Shown piece by piece: positions 37,001 to 45,685 of a stretch of 64,000 bases of DNA. The DNA lies in assembly GCA_049472335.1 (NCBI GenBank), contig JBLIRO010000009.1, positions 1 to 64,000 of the forward strand. The letters run 5' to 3'. Numbering within the stretch: the stretch's first letter is position 1; each line of letters begins with the position of its first letter. The notes below the pieces were generated by a model. It saw only the letters and a list, made by a program, of their open reading frames with translations. It was not told where the DNA came from and searched no databases. Made by a program: the position numbers and the translations under genes. The stretch is from a bacterium. GTDB taxonomy: Bacteria > SZUA-182 > DTGQ01 > JAFGSM01.

Positions 37001-38845
37001 AGGAACGGGCCCGGGGTCATGGATATGACATCCGGTGCAGTCTGTGCCGCGGTAATCGATGGTGCAGGAATCCGAATCCGGGCAGGTATCATTGTCTGGA
37101 TTGAAGTAATGACGGGAGCCGTTTCGGTGTTTATAATCATATCCTGAATTTCCGTAAGGGTCTCCGGGATTTGGCCAATATTCTCTGGCTTTGTCCTGGT
37201 GGCATACTTCACAGATATCCTTCGTGCTTGTTGGGATAGAAATGGAATTTTCTGAAGAATCAGGCTCGCGGATATCCTGTTTTAAAGGATCAAAGAAATT
37301 TACAACCCATGTGTCCCTATTTGGATCTGCATGAAGATCGGCAAACAACTCGCACTCAGTCGTCCGGAATTGACTGTAATGACAATTATTACATATTTGT
37401 TTATAAATCCTTCCCTTAATCATAAAGACATTGACATTCCCATGCTCATCTCCTGATCCATGCGGGTTATGACATACAATACAGTGTGAAAATCTATCTA
37501 TGGGACCGGGTTTCCTTCGTCCTCCACTACCGATTTCTTTATAGACAAAATGAGAATATTTTGTAGGATGGCATTCCCTGCATGTATTCCACTGTTTGTG
37601 TCCCAGGCATATATCCGGATATGACCTCTCATCGGCTCCCCAGCGTTCATCCCGGTACTTTGCCGTATCAAGGTGCCCGTTATACTTGCCAATGGGAAAC
37701 CCATCAGGATAGTCAAAGGCTTGAAGTGACTCTACACAGACCTTTTCCCAAACCGTTTCATTGGACCAATGGCATTCCAGGCAGAAATTTTTTCTACCGT
37801 CTTCAGGGTCGAGGTTGAGGTCATGGGCGTGGCTGTGCGGATTTGAATAATTAGGGTCGATAGGGATATTCTCATTGTTCATGGCGCCTTTATTGGGATA
37901 AGTTTGTCTGTTGGAATAAGGATATCCCGTATCAAGCGTGGCCCCGGCATAGCTGTTTTGTGCGGTTACTCCATGCCCGCTTTTCGGCCAGTAATTCTGT
38001 CCCGGTACCTTGTCAGGATCGGGCGCTGTTATCTCACAGCCATTCGGATTATTATCATAAAACCTGTTGGGAAAGGAGCAATACCGGCTTATATAGGACG
38101 CATATATCCCTCCGTCCTCATATGAATCATCATGACATTGCAGGCAGGTTACAGTGCCGGGATCACCCCATTGCAGGACTCTAACGGAGTTGGGGTCTAT
38201 ATTGGGATCCTCCGGTAAGACCTCAGATCCTTTTGGATAGAATCCTCCGTGGCATTCATAACATACCTTTGTATTGTTGAGGGTTGTGTTCTTAAGGTTA
38301 TTATGCCCTTTAAAATAAATAATAAACACCTTTTTGTCGTTATCGTGTCCGTTCGGGTCGGCTGGGACAGCGAGTTTATAATGATTCGGGTCATGGCAAT
38401 CAAGACATGTCCTGCCAAGGCCAAAGGGCTGATAAACAAGATGGGAAAGGTGTCCTTTTTTCCTCTCTGCATAATCTTCTCTGAATTTATCAAGATATTC
38501 AGGTGAAAGGCTGGTGCGAGGCAGATTGGGATCCGGATCATAGGTAGAATAAAAGAGGGGGGATGGGGTATTCCCCGGACTCATAAAACATAAACAATTT
38601 GGGGAATTGGGATCGTTGGGATCGTAGGCCATATCAGGATACATATCCGGATGGCATTCCCAGCATCCCTCATTCTTTAAAGGCTCGGTTAAGAATTTTT
38701 CTATATTTTTGTAAACAAGGAAATTGTATTTGTTTTCTGTTGGAGCGGCCTGTGAATTGAGGATAAATGTATTTGAAAATACAAGACAAAGAATGAAGAA
38801 TGCCCACAATATATAGTAGATTGCTCTAAAATTTTTATTTATCAT
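31058..38845 (-). CDS. Giant exported multiheme c-type cytochrome (about 69 CxxCH plus about 5 non-canonical motifs, hand count)
   Basis: 2595-aa open frame, Sec-type signal ending NSQA, dense CxxCH motifs with free His between them, and a poly-Gly tail. Confidence 0.93.
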   Translation of the reverse strand: MINKNFRAIYYILWAFFILCLVFSNTFILNSQAAPTENKYNFLVYKNIEKFLTEPLKNEGCWECHPDMYPDMAYDPNDPNSPNCLCFMSPGNTPSPLFYSTYDPDPNLPRTSLSPEYLDKFREDYAERKKGHLSHLVYQPFGLGRTCLDCHDPNHYKLAVPADPNGHDNDKKVFIIYFKGHNNLKNTTLNNTKVCYECHGGFYPKGSEVLPEDPNIDPNSVRVLQWGDPGTVTCLQCHDDSYEDGGIYASYISRYCSFPNRFYDNNPNGCEITAPDPDKVPGQNYWPKSGHGVTAQNSYAGATLDTGYPYSNRQTYPNKGAMNNENIPIDPNYSNPHSHAHDLNLDPEDGRKNFCLECHWSNETVWEKVCVESLQAFDYPDGFPIGKYNGHLDTAKYRDERWGADERSYPDICLGHKQWNTCRECHPTKYSHFVYKEIGSGGRRKPGPIDRFSHCIVCHNPHGSGDEHGNVNVFMIKGRIYKQICNNCHYSQFRTTECELFADLHADPNRDTWVVNFFDPLKQDIREPDSSENSISIPTSTKDICEVCHQDKAREYWPNPGDPYGNSGYDYKHRNGSRHYFNPDNDTCPDSDSCTIDYRGTDCTGCHIHDPGPVPHPDDPDYDYETSDSRSVFNSRAFAPTCRCHGIGRIDIATFTVDGNQPDNSLSETLFGKGHGTPPPPFPVLDSSLTEEEDAHMAHTRYNFPCIACHIDPNGPLYDPNVEYEFVLDNYTPVSLDQYMKPYDQLMNPNNLFMNPNGTYEKDTRTCSNLYCHSNAKGGYADPISWSAVDKFIRDTNDPNCLDSYGRFKYCNECHMNPPDVPNPEDPNNLYNITDHIIGSSQTDPDIKCSDCHPHNGLYMEKINGIYMSNPEFYRHVNGKVDIGKIIFTFEPVGCGYCHKPDSPDLMFHDPNVSVDPNVLVNEPIEYDFPRDSCLYCHSIEHKEMKLCDPNMTDPDIDLQCIWCHLETLNDPEPDFGCDSDKKWLHSADAECTSCHSAVCDPNTIHHYNYQGTLPLSIEEKWNDVTSGCGACHHEEYLSDTSEKTSFRNAKVLHDKISPSTSCSECHGEHCTLEIDDISDCKECHIPQDDIKVGQNFLHDRYTGLDDCEYCHFKAHETEEMAFTEGTTQAEIEGKCIKCHNSNDLKSINVSCGRSGNHDTRANCLNCHKIYTIEDNIYKIKTGHYNMPTNLEGMEEAWSDVKPNDPAGNHCGVCHQDPQNPFDPSKKLHASITSACSVCHGAHCDMNILPGWTGDNTCGGCHVNGDVSLPGGQLLHSGLPPGVSCLECHPDHRDADSLRGYLDDPRKCGYCHGDPPAINVLCNGISVNGAHPPQATNCQTCHPGVYNKAAHYKNAGPVNVIQAWEGPNSCGICHSDLPVALCAAGPFSIHATLGPASDCSQCHGNHCDMNYGNTPAKCIACHSPNPAICDICGPGSITSHYAFDSMGVNHAAIQDCLSCHVEPLGGGEANPLEHIDNPRTFVKEGACLGCHSLSIIRHGATDPRGCYTCHPMHCVTEYARNDACIWCHTTNPPIVDICKMGIGITSHLTFDSSVFNLIQITNCIGCHVEPITGGEANPINHIDNPMTYVNPLTCLGCHTVPGPLDILTNYPLRAVPHGGSGLPWGGGVWPAVNCYSCHPTHCISTYCENQACVWCHTDVPLLKNVCGRPGLTPHTGDCVNCHVAGSPTGGECNPADHMNAPTYVRDGTCLGCHASVIATHGPGTEACVLCHPVHCSFTYCSEPQCKLCHNQPAFEIVSDYGCGIGLHDPPAYRECNRCHAGECNPMNHTLGPADRRGMPTDLSGMRLEWRDCGLCHSEAQAYHAPCNAPCTLCHSGTSNHACLNLDYCAENKCKCCHASPTFPINSDYGCGVGQHAAGAYVNCSLCHSNECNALNHMDKITDVSNMPLDWQTCGLCHMDAQAIHQKCNQPCTACHSGTGNHACLDLNYCAEPKCKCCHADPVFPINSDYGCGTGPHSAQAYIDCTMCHIQECNVNNHIDGLTDVSNMLLDWPTCGLCHADAQASHVNCPEPCTLCHSGTGNHSCAQLDYCAEIKCKCCHLDTIFINSDYGCGSGPHLTAAYVDCTMCHIGECAPLSHMDTMTDVSNMPLTWPACGLCHVDAQTIHVNCPEPCTLCHTGTSNHSCLELDYCAETKCKCCHDQATFPINSDYGCGTGTHAATAYVDCAMCHVGECTVGNHLDTTTDVSNMPLTWASCGLCHADAQASHANCPETCTMCHSGTSPHACLQLDYCADQKCRCCHINVPYHFNTPCDCSTCHSAECDPIEHDITGVSTSHPMDPLYYNYTGTVNDKGCTCCHAYPPQCVCVGISDTQDHCLDLVNGCSPQIYDCLPCHTLFNGQPNHIYTVYGTPAAIASCACHGNSLGTTGAHSKHLTTPVMAPVYATSTGNVIDCQACHSATTNLADHVICIPGTGVTAPVQFDAALPMIGLIDSYTPGATPGTGSCNLYCHSDGDEDPLDVPGTYIYFLGAPPFWNQTTGIISCGNAVLGTTASPIYQCHGYPPPPPGHPGGAGGGGGLGIQNCAACHPTPILGTVPDNTFHINGAVEVGGGGGLGGGGGGLGGGGGGGLGGGIPVI
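32070..33616 (-). repeat. Five ~300-bp tandem units, each encoding a ~100-aa tetraheme module
   Basis: The SDYGCG anchor recurs near 32335, 32638, 32938, 33241 and 33565 (+ strand coordinates). Confidence 0.9.
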
Positions 38846-39634
38846 CTGCCTAACCTAGATGTATAATTCAAAATAACAATAGAATCCCGGCATATTTTTT
38901 TCGTTTTTTAAAATATGCTTTTCTGCGGTTGCCGGAAAATCTGAAAAATCAAAATAAAAGCCTTTTTTTCATCTTTGCCAAAATGAAACAAAATGCATGA
39001 ATGTTGAAAAAGAAAAACATAATTCAACTGTGAAAATTAATATAAAACTTGATTAAATTATATAATAGTCAGTAATAATGTTATTAAATCATTCGTGTAA
39101 AAGGATAATCAATTGACATAAAGTATGCAAGTATTGTTTCAAATTATTAATTGTAAAAAATAATTAAAGCATATGCCTTTAAAATTCAGACATATAATTA
39201 TAATCTCTTTGTATATAAACATCTATCGAATTATATCATAACTAAAATGCAAAAATCATGCTAAGAAAATGATATATATCAGATTAATTTTCTGACTGTA
39301 ATAAAAAAACTCAACCCTTCTTAATCCTTCTTTTAGGCAACTAAATTTTGCTCTTATTTTTAAATTTATTAATTTATTATATATAACAAATATAACCATA
39401 CGATTAGATATGTTAATATTGTCATTAGAAATTAAGCTTATGCAAATCAAGGGCTTATTCACAATAAGATATAGTGGGGGATATATACAGATCTATCATT
39501 TTGCCAATTGAATTTTGGCACATAGATTTTGATTTGTGATTTTTATATAGCTGTTTTATTAAAAACACAAATAATTATGTGAATTTATCCCTATTAAATA
39601 TCAACTATCTAATTATAAAACCAACTTTTTCGTT

Positions 39635-40162
39635 CTATAAAAGATTTTGTTGAATAAAGCTTATTATTGCCTCCTGTGGAGACAGATTATAATTATTCGC
39701 ATATGAATATAATGAACTTCCAATATAATCAGCAACAATATCGTTCATGTAAAACATAGGTGTTGAACGGGCTATCATGTAGAATTGATATGCATACGAA
39801 AGGTACTGATAATATTGCAATGCCTTGAAAATATTGGAATAACCAAGGTCAGCTCCAACACCGGGAAGATATCCTGATATCCCTGATCCTGGATAGTAAC
39901 CGCCTAATAAGATATTTCCATAGTACAAATATGGAGAATTCGTGTAACTCCCGAAATATGGATATGTGCCATAGTTTGTTATGGAAGTTGTTCCAAAAGA
40001 CCATGGGTAGGTGTTTAAGGGTGAAATCCCCAAGTTGTTAACTGAGGTCAGCCCAAAAACACCAGGATATGTTGTTTGCGCGTTTATAGTTCCAAATGAA
40101 AAGAAAAGTGCTACTGTGATGATTAAAAAGGAAAATACAATAGTTTTGGCTAATGATTTCAT
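39635..40162 (-). CDS. Secreted Tyr/Gly/Ser/Asn-rich hypothetical protein
   Basis: Signal peptide ending INA|Q, ggaggtg RBS, and biased composition. Confidence 0.78.
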   Translation of the reverse strand: MKSLAKTIVFSFLIITVALFFSFGTINAQTTYPGVFGLTSVNNLGISPLNTYPWSFGTTSITNYGTYPYFGSYTNSPYLYYGNILLGGYYPGSGISGYLPGVGADLGYSNIFKALQYYQYLSYAYQFYMIARSTPMFYMNDIVADYIGSSLYSYANNYNLSPQEAIISFIQQNLL

Positions 40163-40286
40163 AACATTTCACCTCCAATGAATATTGCTATTTTATTATT
40201 ATATAAAATTATTATATAAAATCAATGACAAAAAAACAAGTTTTTACCAACATTTACCCATATTTTTTGTTGTCTTATATTTTATG

Positions 40287-40302
40287 TGCAAGCTAGGTGC
40301 CT
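40287..40302 (-). promoter_or_regulatory. sigma54 (-24/-12) promoter candidate for 39635..40162
   Basis: Minus strand reads AGGCAC-CTAGC-TTGCA (GG-N10-GC), about 125 bp upstream of the start. Confidence 0.65.
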
Positions 40303-40605
40303 ATCTTACAGGATGTAGAAAAAAAAGTGTAAAATATATCTTTTTTGCCAAGAATTTTGCAATAAAAAAATAAAACCTTTTTCAGGCAAATGTCTATCCT
40401 TAAAATAATACATAAATAATATACATTAAATTTAACCATTTCACAAGGATTTTTTTATTATTTCATTAATTATCAACATGATATAGTAATCTGTGCATTA
40501 ATTTAAATATCAAGAACAAAATTTATGAAAAAGCCGAATAGATATACGTATGCGATATGTATGCTATAAAAGAAAAATCAGTAAGATTAAACAGGAAAGG
40601 AAAGT

Positions 40606-41304
40606 ATGGTTTTCAAACAGAAAATAAAGCCTGAAGGATTGGACATTCACGTAGGAATGAGTGTATCCGTTCGAAAGACTATGCCCGGTCGGGAAGGCAT
40701 GATTCCGCTTGGAGAGGGAAAGATAAGAAAGATAACGAATGATCAAATCTCGATCCACATACCATTTTTGGAAGAAAAATTAGGGGAAGCGGACAAAATC
40801 AAGGTCTTCTGGGAGAGCGGAAGATACTATTTTTGTGGTACTGCATCTTCATTTTATCCCTATCAAAAACAATCTGATCTCCTGACGCTTAATCATCTGG
40901 ATACAATTTATTACATAGAGAAGAGAAAACATATTCGTTTGTCAAAAACCCTTGTTATTGATTATAAATGGATTGCTCCTCCAGAAACCATATCCGAGTC
41001 GAGATCAAGACGAATAAGGACAGGCAGGGCGGAAAATATTTGTTGTGGAGGTCTGGTATTTCTGACTCGGGATAGATTAGGGGTGGGCGACCTTTTGGAG
41101 TTAGGTTTTGAAATCCCCTCCTTTACCTCATTTATGATTTTTACACAGGCTAGAATAGTCAGAATAAGCCAAAACCGGGATACCAATCTTCCATACAAAA
41201 TCGCTGTACAGTTCACAAATATGGATCCTCATGACCGCAGGCTCATTGCTGAATTCATTTTATCGGAAATCAGCAAGCAGGACGGTAAATATCAAAACTC
41301 ATAG
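40606..41304 (+). CDS. PilZ-domain protein (YcgR-like architecture)
   Basis: EKRKHIRL (RxxxR), NICCGG (D/NxSxxG variant), ARIVR and IAVQF. Confidence 0.82.
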   Translation: MVFKQKIKPEGLDIHVGMSVSVRKTMPGREGMIPLGEGKIRKITNDQISIHIPFLEEKLGEADKIKVFWESGRYYFCGTASSFYPYQKQSDLLTLNHLDTIYYIEKRKHIRLSKTLVIDYKWIAPPETISESRSRRIRTGRAENICCGGLVFLTRDRLGVGDLLELGFEIPSFTSFMIFTQARIVRISQNRDTNLPYKIAVQFTNMDPHDRRLIAEFILSEISKQDGKYQNS

Positions 41305-41518
41305 TAATAATCTATTATAATCAATCTCATTTTCAAAATACTCTTTGATCTTTGTATACTCTGTGGTAATATTTTTAAACTATAGAGAACACAAAGGAAT
41401 CAGATAGCCATATGCAAAACTCGATGACATTGTTTCTGTAATTACTTGCGATTTAGTTTTTTGATATTAATTACAATGGATTAGTGTAAAATCACCTAAC
41501 GCAAGGGGTTTTTAGTAG

Positions 41519-44245
41519 ATGGATCTGGAACATAATTGGCATAAGATAGACACCGATGAAGCCCTTGTCATTCTTAAATCCTGCCCCGATGGCCTTAATA
41601 AAGACGAAATATTGAGACGTAAAGCTCTTTACGGGCCCAATCGTATAAAAACTTTCCGTAAAATCAATCCATGGCTTATATTTTTAAAACAATTCAAGGA
41701 CTTTCTCATTATTATTCTCCTTGTGGCTACCGTGATTTCACTACTCATAGGAGAGACTCTGGATGGTATCGTTATATTGGGGATTGTTATCCTTTGTGCT
41801 TTGCTGGGTTTCTTTCAAGAGTTTCGTTCAGAAAAGGCAGTCGAGGCCTTGAAAAAGATGGCATCTCCCACAGCCCGTGTCATAAGAGAAGGGATAGAGC
41901 AAATACTTCCCTCCGAAGAACTCGTTCCGGGAGACATAATCTGCCTTCAAACAGGCGACCTCATACCGGCAGATGCAAGATTGCTGGAGTCTTCCAGTCT
42001 TTCCATCGATGAATCAATCTTGACAGGAGAATCGACCCCGGTCCCTAAAAGCCCGGACCCTATTCATTCGGATGATGTTTCTTTGGGCGACAGGCGAAAC
42101 ATGCTTTTTGCCTCAACAATAATTAACCGGGGTCGGGGCAGGGGTATAGTTACTGCTACGGCTATGCAGACAGAATTTGGAAAGATAGCCGGTTTGCTCC
42201 AGGATATAAAATCTGAAAAAACCCCGCTTGAGAAACAAATGGCTGTCATCGGGAGATGGTTGGGATTGATATGTATGGGAGTATGCGCTGTTGCCTCGTT
42301 GTTGGGGATTTTGCGGGGATATCCGATATTCGAGATGTTTGTATGGGGAGTAAGTCTTGCTGTAGCTGCTGTTCCGGAGGCACTGCCTGCTGTGGTCACA
42401 AGCGCTTTGGCAATAGGTGTCCAGAAAATGGCCAATCAGAAGGCCATTGTAAAAAAGCTGGCCGCTGTTGAAACATTGGGTTGTACAACTGTTATCTGTT
42501 CTGATAAGACAGGGACGTTAACGAAAAATGAGATGACGGTTCAGGAAATATGGGTCAATGGTGAACATTTTTATGTGTCAGGAACCGGATATGCGCCTGA
42601 TGGTAGTTTCATAAAGGATGGGCAGGCTATCCATCCGGGCTCTTATCCTGTTTTAAAAAGACTGCTTGAGCTGGGTATTCTTTGCAATGATGCCATTTTG
42701 ACTGAAAAAGAGGGTGAATGGACTATCATTGGTGATCCGACAGAAGGCGCCCTGGTTGTTGCCGGTGAAAAGGGTGGGCTTGATCATCCCGGATTGAGGA
42801 AACAAAAGCCCCGTCTGGGAGAAATCCCGTTTGAAGAGGGTCGAAAGATGATGTCCACTATCCATTCACTAGAGAATAATAAACAGCTTGTAGCTACAAA
42901 AGGGGCCCCTGAGATCGTCATCAAGAGTTGTTCTCATATACAGAAAGATAATGAAATTTTCGAAATTACAAATCAAATGAGAGAGAAGATACTCTCTGTT
43001 AATGAGACTATGGCCAAAAAGGCATTAAGGGTCCTTGCTCTGGCATGGAAGGAAATCCCTAATGATAACCTGAGAATCGATTCTGACCGGGTAGAGAAAG
43101 GGCTTGTTTTTTGTGGTCTTGTTGGAATGATAGATCCGCCAAGGAAAGAGGTTTTGTCATCTGTGAAAGATTGCAGATTGGCTGGGATCAGGCCGGTCAT
43201 GGCTACCGGAGATCATAAGATAACAGCCCAGGCTATTGCCAGGGCTGTGGGAATTCTGGATGATACTTGGAATGAAATTGACCAGAGGGACGAGGTCCTG
43301 AGCGGAGAAGATTTTGAGAACATGACAGATCAGGATATCGACGGAATAATTCACAAAGTAAAGGTCTTCGCGAGGGTTTCACCTGAACATAAGCTCAGGA
43401 TTGTCGATGCTTACAAAAGGAAAGGCGACGTTGTGGCAATGACGGGTGACGGGGTGAATGATGCCCCGGCCTTAAAAAGGGCGGATATAGGCGTTGCCAT
43501 GGGAATCAAGGGAACCGACGTAAGCCGCGAGGCCGCGGATATGGTCCTGGCGGATGATAATTTTGCAACAATTGTCGCGGCAGTAAAAGAGGGCAGGGCC
43601 GCCTTTGAAAATATAAAAAAGTATTTAATTTTTCTGCTCTCCTGTAATTTAGGAGAAATACTGATACTTACCGGTGCATTCTTTTTGGGACTTCCTATCC
43701 CCCTTATAGCTATTCAGATTCTCTGGGTAAATCTAACAACGGATGGCCTGCCTGCATTGGCCTTGGGAATAGATCCGCCTGATCCGGATATCATGAATAA
43801 TCCTCCAAGAGGAAAGGATTCTTCAATATTCACCCCATGGCTTGTCGGCTTGATCTTTATAATCGCCTTGCATATATTTTTAGTTCTCATTTGCAGTTTC
43901 TATTCCTATTTACGTTTTACAGAATTGGCTAAGGCTCAGACAATGGTTTTTCTTTCTATGATTTTTCTCGAGATGTTCAATGCGTTTAACTGCCGCTCAC
44001 ATAAATATTCTATTAAAAAGATAGGGCCTTTACAGAACCGTTGGTTAATAGGAGCTGTATCGGCCTCTATAGCCCTGAGTGTATTGGTTATACATATCCC
44101 TTTTATGAATGTTTTGTTTCATACCAGACCTCTCGGATTTTGGGACTGGATTGTAGCGGTTTTTTCGAGCAGCACAATCATATTGATTGTTGAGATTGCA
44201 AAGTTTTTCAGGAGCCATTACTTAATGTCTCATGATGTCTCATGA
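41519..44245 (+). CDS. P-type IIA (Ca2+-transporting type) ATPase
   Basis: TGES, AAVPEALP, SDKTGTLT, KGAPE, IDPPR, TGDH, TGDGVNDAP and QILWVNLTTDG. Confidence 0.94.
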   Translation: MDLEHNWHKIDTDEALVILKSCPDGLNKDEILRRKALYGPNRIKTFRKINPWLIFLKQFKDFLIIILLVATVISLLIGETLDGIVILGIVILCALLGFFQEFRSEKAVEALKKMASPTARVIREGIEQILPSEELVPGDIICLQTGDLIPADARLLESSSLSIDESILTGESTPVPKSPDPIHSDDVSLGDRRNMLFASTIINRGRGRGIVTATAMQTEFGKIAGLLQDIKSEKTPLEKQMAVIGRWLGLICMGVCAVASLLGILRGYPIFEMFVWGVSLAVAAVPEALPAVVTSALAIGVQKMANQKAIVKKLAAVETLGCTTVICSDKTGTLTKNEMTVQEIWVNGEHFYVSGTGYAPDGSFIKDGQAIHPGSYPVLKRLLELGILCNDAILTEKEGEWTIIGDPTEGALVVAGEKGGLDHPGLRKQKPRLGEIPFEEGRKMMSTIHSLENNKQLVATKGAPEIVIKSCSHIQKDNEIFEITNQMREKILSVNETMAKKALRVLALAWKEIPNDNLRIDSDRVEKGLVFCGLVGMIDPPRKEVLSSVKDCRLAGIRPVMATGDHKITAQAIARAVGILDDTWNEIDQRDEVLSGEDFENMTDQDIDGIIHKVKVFARVSPEHKLRIVDAYKRKGDVVAMTGDGVNDAPALKRADIGVAMGIKGTDVSREAADMVLADDNFATIVAAVKEGRAAFENIKKYLIFLLSCNLGEILILTGAFFLGLPIPLIAIQILWVNLTTDGLPALALGIDPPDPDIMNNPPRGKDSSIFTPWLVGLIFIIALHIFLVLICSFYSYLRFTELAKAQTMVFLSMIFLEMFNAFNCRSHKYSIKKIGPLQNRWLIGAVSASIALSVLVIHIPFMNVLFHTRPLGFWDWIVAVFSSSTIILIVEIAKFFRSHYLMSHDVS

Positions 44246-44722
44246 CGATTTCAAAGGCAAGATCCGGGTTTAAACAAAATATCTTTATAGGCTTTCGCAT
44301 TATTGATACGGGCCCTTCTGGCAGACATCCTCATAAATAAATATTTTTCTTGTGTAGTAATGAATTTTAAAAAAAATCGTCTGTATTTTATATGTGTTAA
44401 AATTATCTATTTAACTTTCACATAAATTAAAAATCCTTTTATAAAAGACTATTCTGAATAATGTTAATATTTTTCGATTCATAATTTTGCTTAATGTATT
44501 GTTTTTTATTATGTTATATCTTTTTAATGTCTTTTGAAATCACAAATATCTATTATTTTCCCCTGCGGCCTTATGGAATATTTTTAAATGAAGGCCAAAA
44601 ACTCTGATTGATAATCTTTTTAAGTTCACATAGTCTAAAAAAAGGGGGGTGATAACAATCAGATAAGACAGCAAAAAAGGATTAATATTTCTTGGATTTC
44701 ATCAAGTCAAGGAGGATTGATT

Positions 44723-45451
44723 ATGAAAGAGTTAAGAAAATCGTTGCCTCAGCTTTTGGGTTTAAGTATTATCTTTGCTTTTATTATATGTCTTGCCGTT
44801 TTTCCAAACGTTGTGGCCATGGCTGGTGGCGGCGGCGGTGGTGGCGGCGGTGGCGGCATGAGTGCTGGCGGCTTCGGTGGTGGCTTCAGTGCCGGCGGCT
44901 TCGGTGGTGGCATGAGTGCTGGCGGCTTAATGGCAGCTGGAAGTATGGCTGGTAGTATGCTCGGTTATGGAGGAGGCTACGGTGGCGGTTATGGTATGAT
45001 TGGAGGATATAGCGGTGCTCAGGGTCTCATGGGAGCGGGCTTAGGCTATATGAATCAAGCTGCTGGTCTAGGTAGTATGTACGGATATGGTGGTTATGGA
45101 ATGACCACCGGACAGGCGGGCCTTATGAACCAGGCTGCTGCAATGGCCATGGGAGCGGGATCTATGTACGGTTACGGACAAACTGGCGGATATGGTGGTT
45201 ATGGAATGCCCACTGGGCAGGCAGGCCTTATGAACCAGGCTGCTGCAATGGCCATGGGAGCGGGATCTATGTACGGTTATGGGGCTCAGGGCAGCGGCTA
45301 TATGAGCCAGTATGGGGCTCAGGGCTACGGATATATGGGCATGGGCTCAGGCTATATGAACCAGTTTGGACAAGCTAACATGATGAACCAGGCCAATTAT
45401 ATGATGAGTAATATGCTGCAATATTTAAACAAAGATGAGACGAATGAGTAA
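44723..45451 (+). CDS. Secreted Gly/Met/Tyr/Ala-rich low-complexity protein
   Basis: ggagga RBS 6 nt before ATG 44723; signal peptide ending VVA; poly-Gly followed by GYGG and MNQA repeats; downstream hairpin. Confidence 0.8.
   Translation: MKELRKSLPQLLGLSIIFAFIICLAVFPNVVAMAGGGGGGGGGGGMSAGGFGGGFSAGGFGGGMSAGGLMAAGSMAGSMLGYGGGYGGGYGMIGGYSGAQGLMGAGLGYMNQAAGLGSMYGYGGYGMTTGQAGLMNQAAAMAMGAGSMYGYGQTGGYGGYGMPTGQAGLMNQAAAMAMGAGSMYGYGAQGSGYMSQYGAQGYGYMGMGSGYMNQFGQANMMNQANYMMSNMLQYLNKDETNE
45083..45279 (+). repeat. Internal ~92-bp direct duplication (105-bp period)
   Basis: ggatatggtggttatggaatg...ggatctatgtacggtta starts at both 45083 and 45188. Confidence 0.88.
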
Positions 45452-45500
45452 TAAGCCTATAAGCAAAGCAGCTATAAATCTTTTTTAAATCTTAATTGCC

Positions 45501-45545
45501 AGGGGATTCACTATGGCATAAAATCTCGAGTGAATCCCCTCTTTT
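45501..45545 (+). terminator. Intrinsic terminator candidate
   Basis: 12-bp perfect stem aggggattcact / agtgaatcccct followed by ctttt, between convergent genes. Confidence 0.65.
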
Positions 45546-45685
45546 GTATCCCTTTTAACCCAGATCCTGCTTAATCTCTTTTGGGGAATTCTTGTTTGCT
45601 TTAGATGTTTAGACGCTTAATACGCAGAGGGAATTCAGCGGAAGTTAAATAAAACCGCCAAAATCCCTCTGCCATTTATGAATTT

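Noticed and set aside
38846..39634. Small ORF (39256..39462) or c-di-GMP riboswitch in the AT-rich gap
   Set aside because: The ORF looks like chance AT-rich sequence, and I saw no GEMM-type consensus.
44692..44955. Arg/Trp-rich 87-aa ORF
   Set aside because: It is a frame-shifted reading of the poly-Gly codons of 44723..45451.
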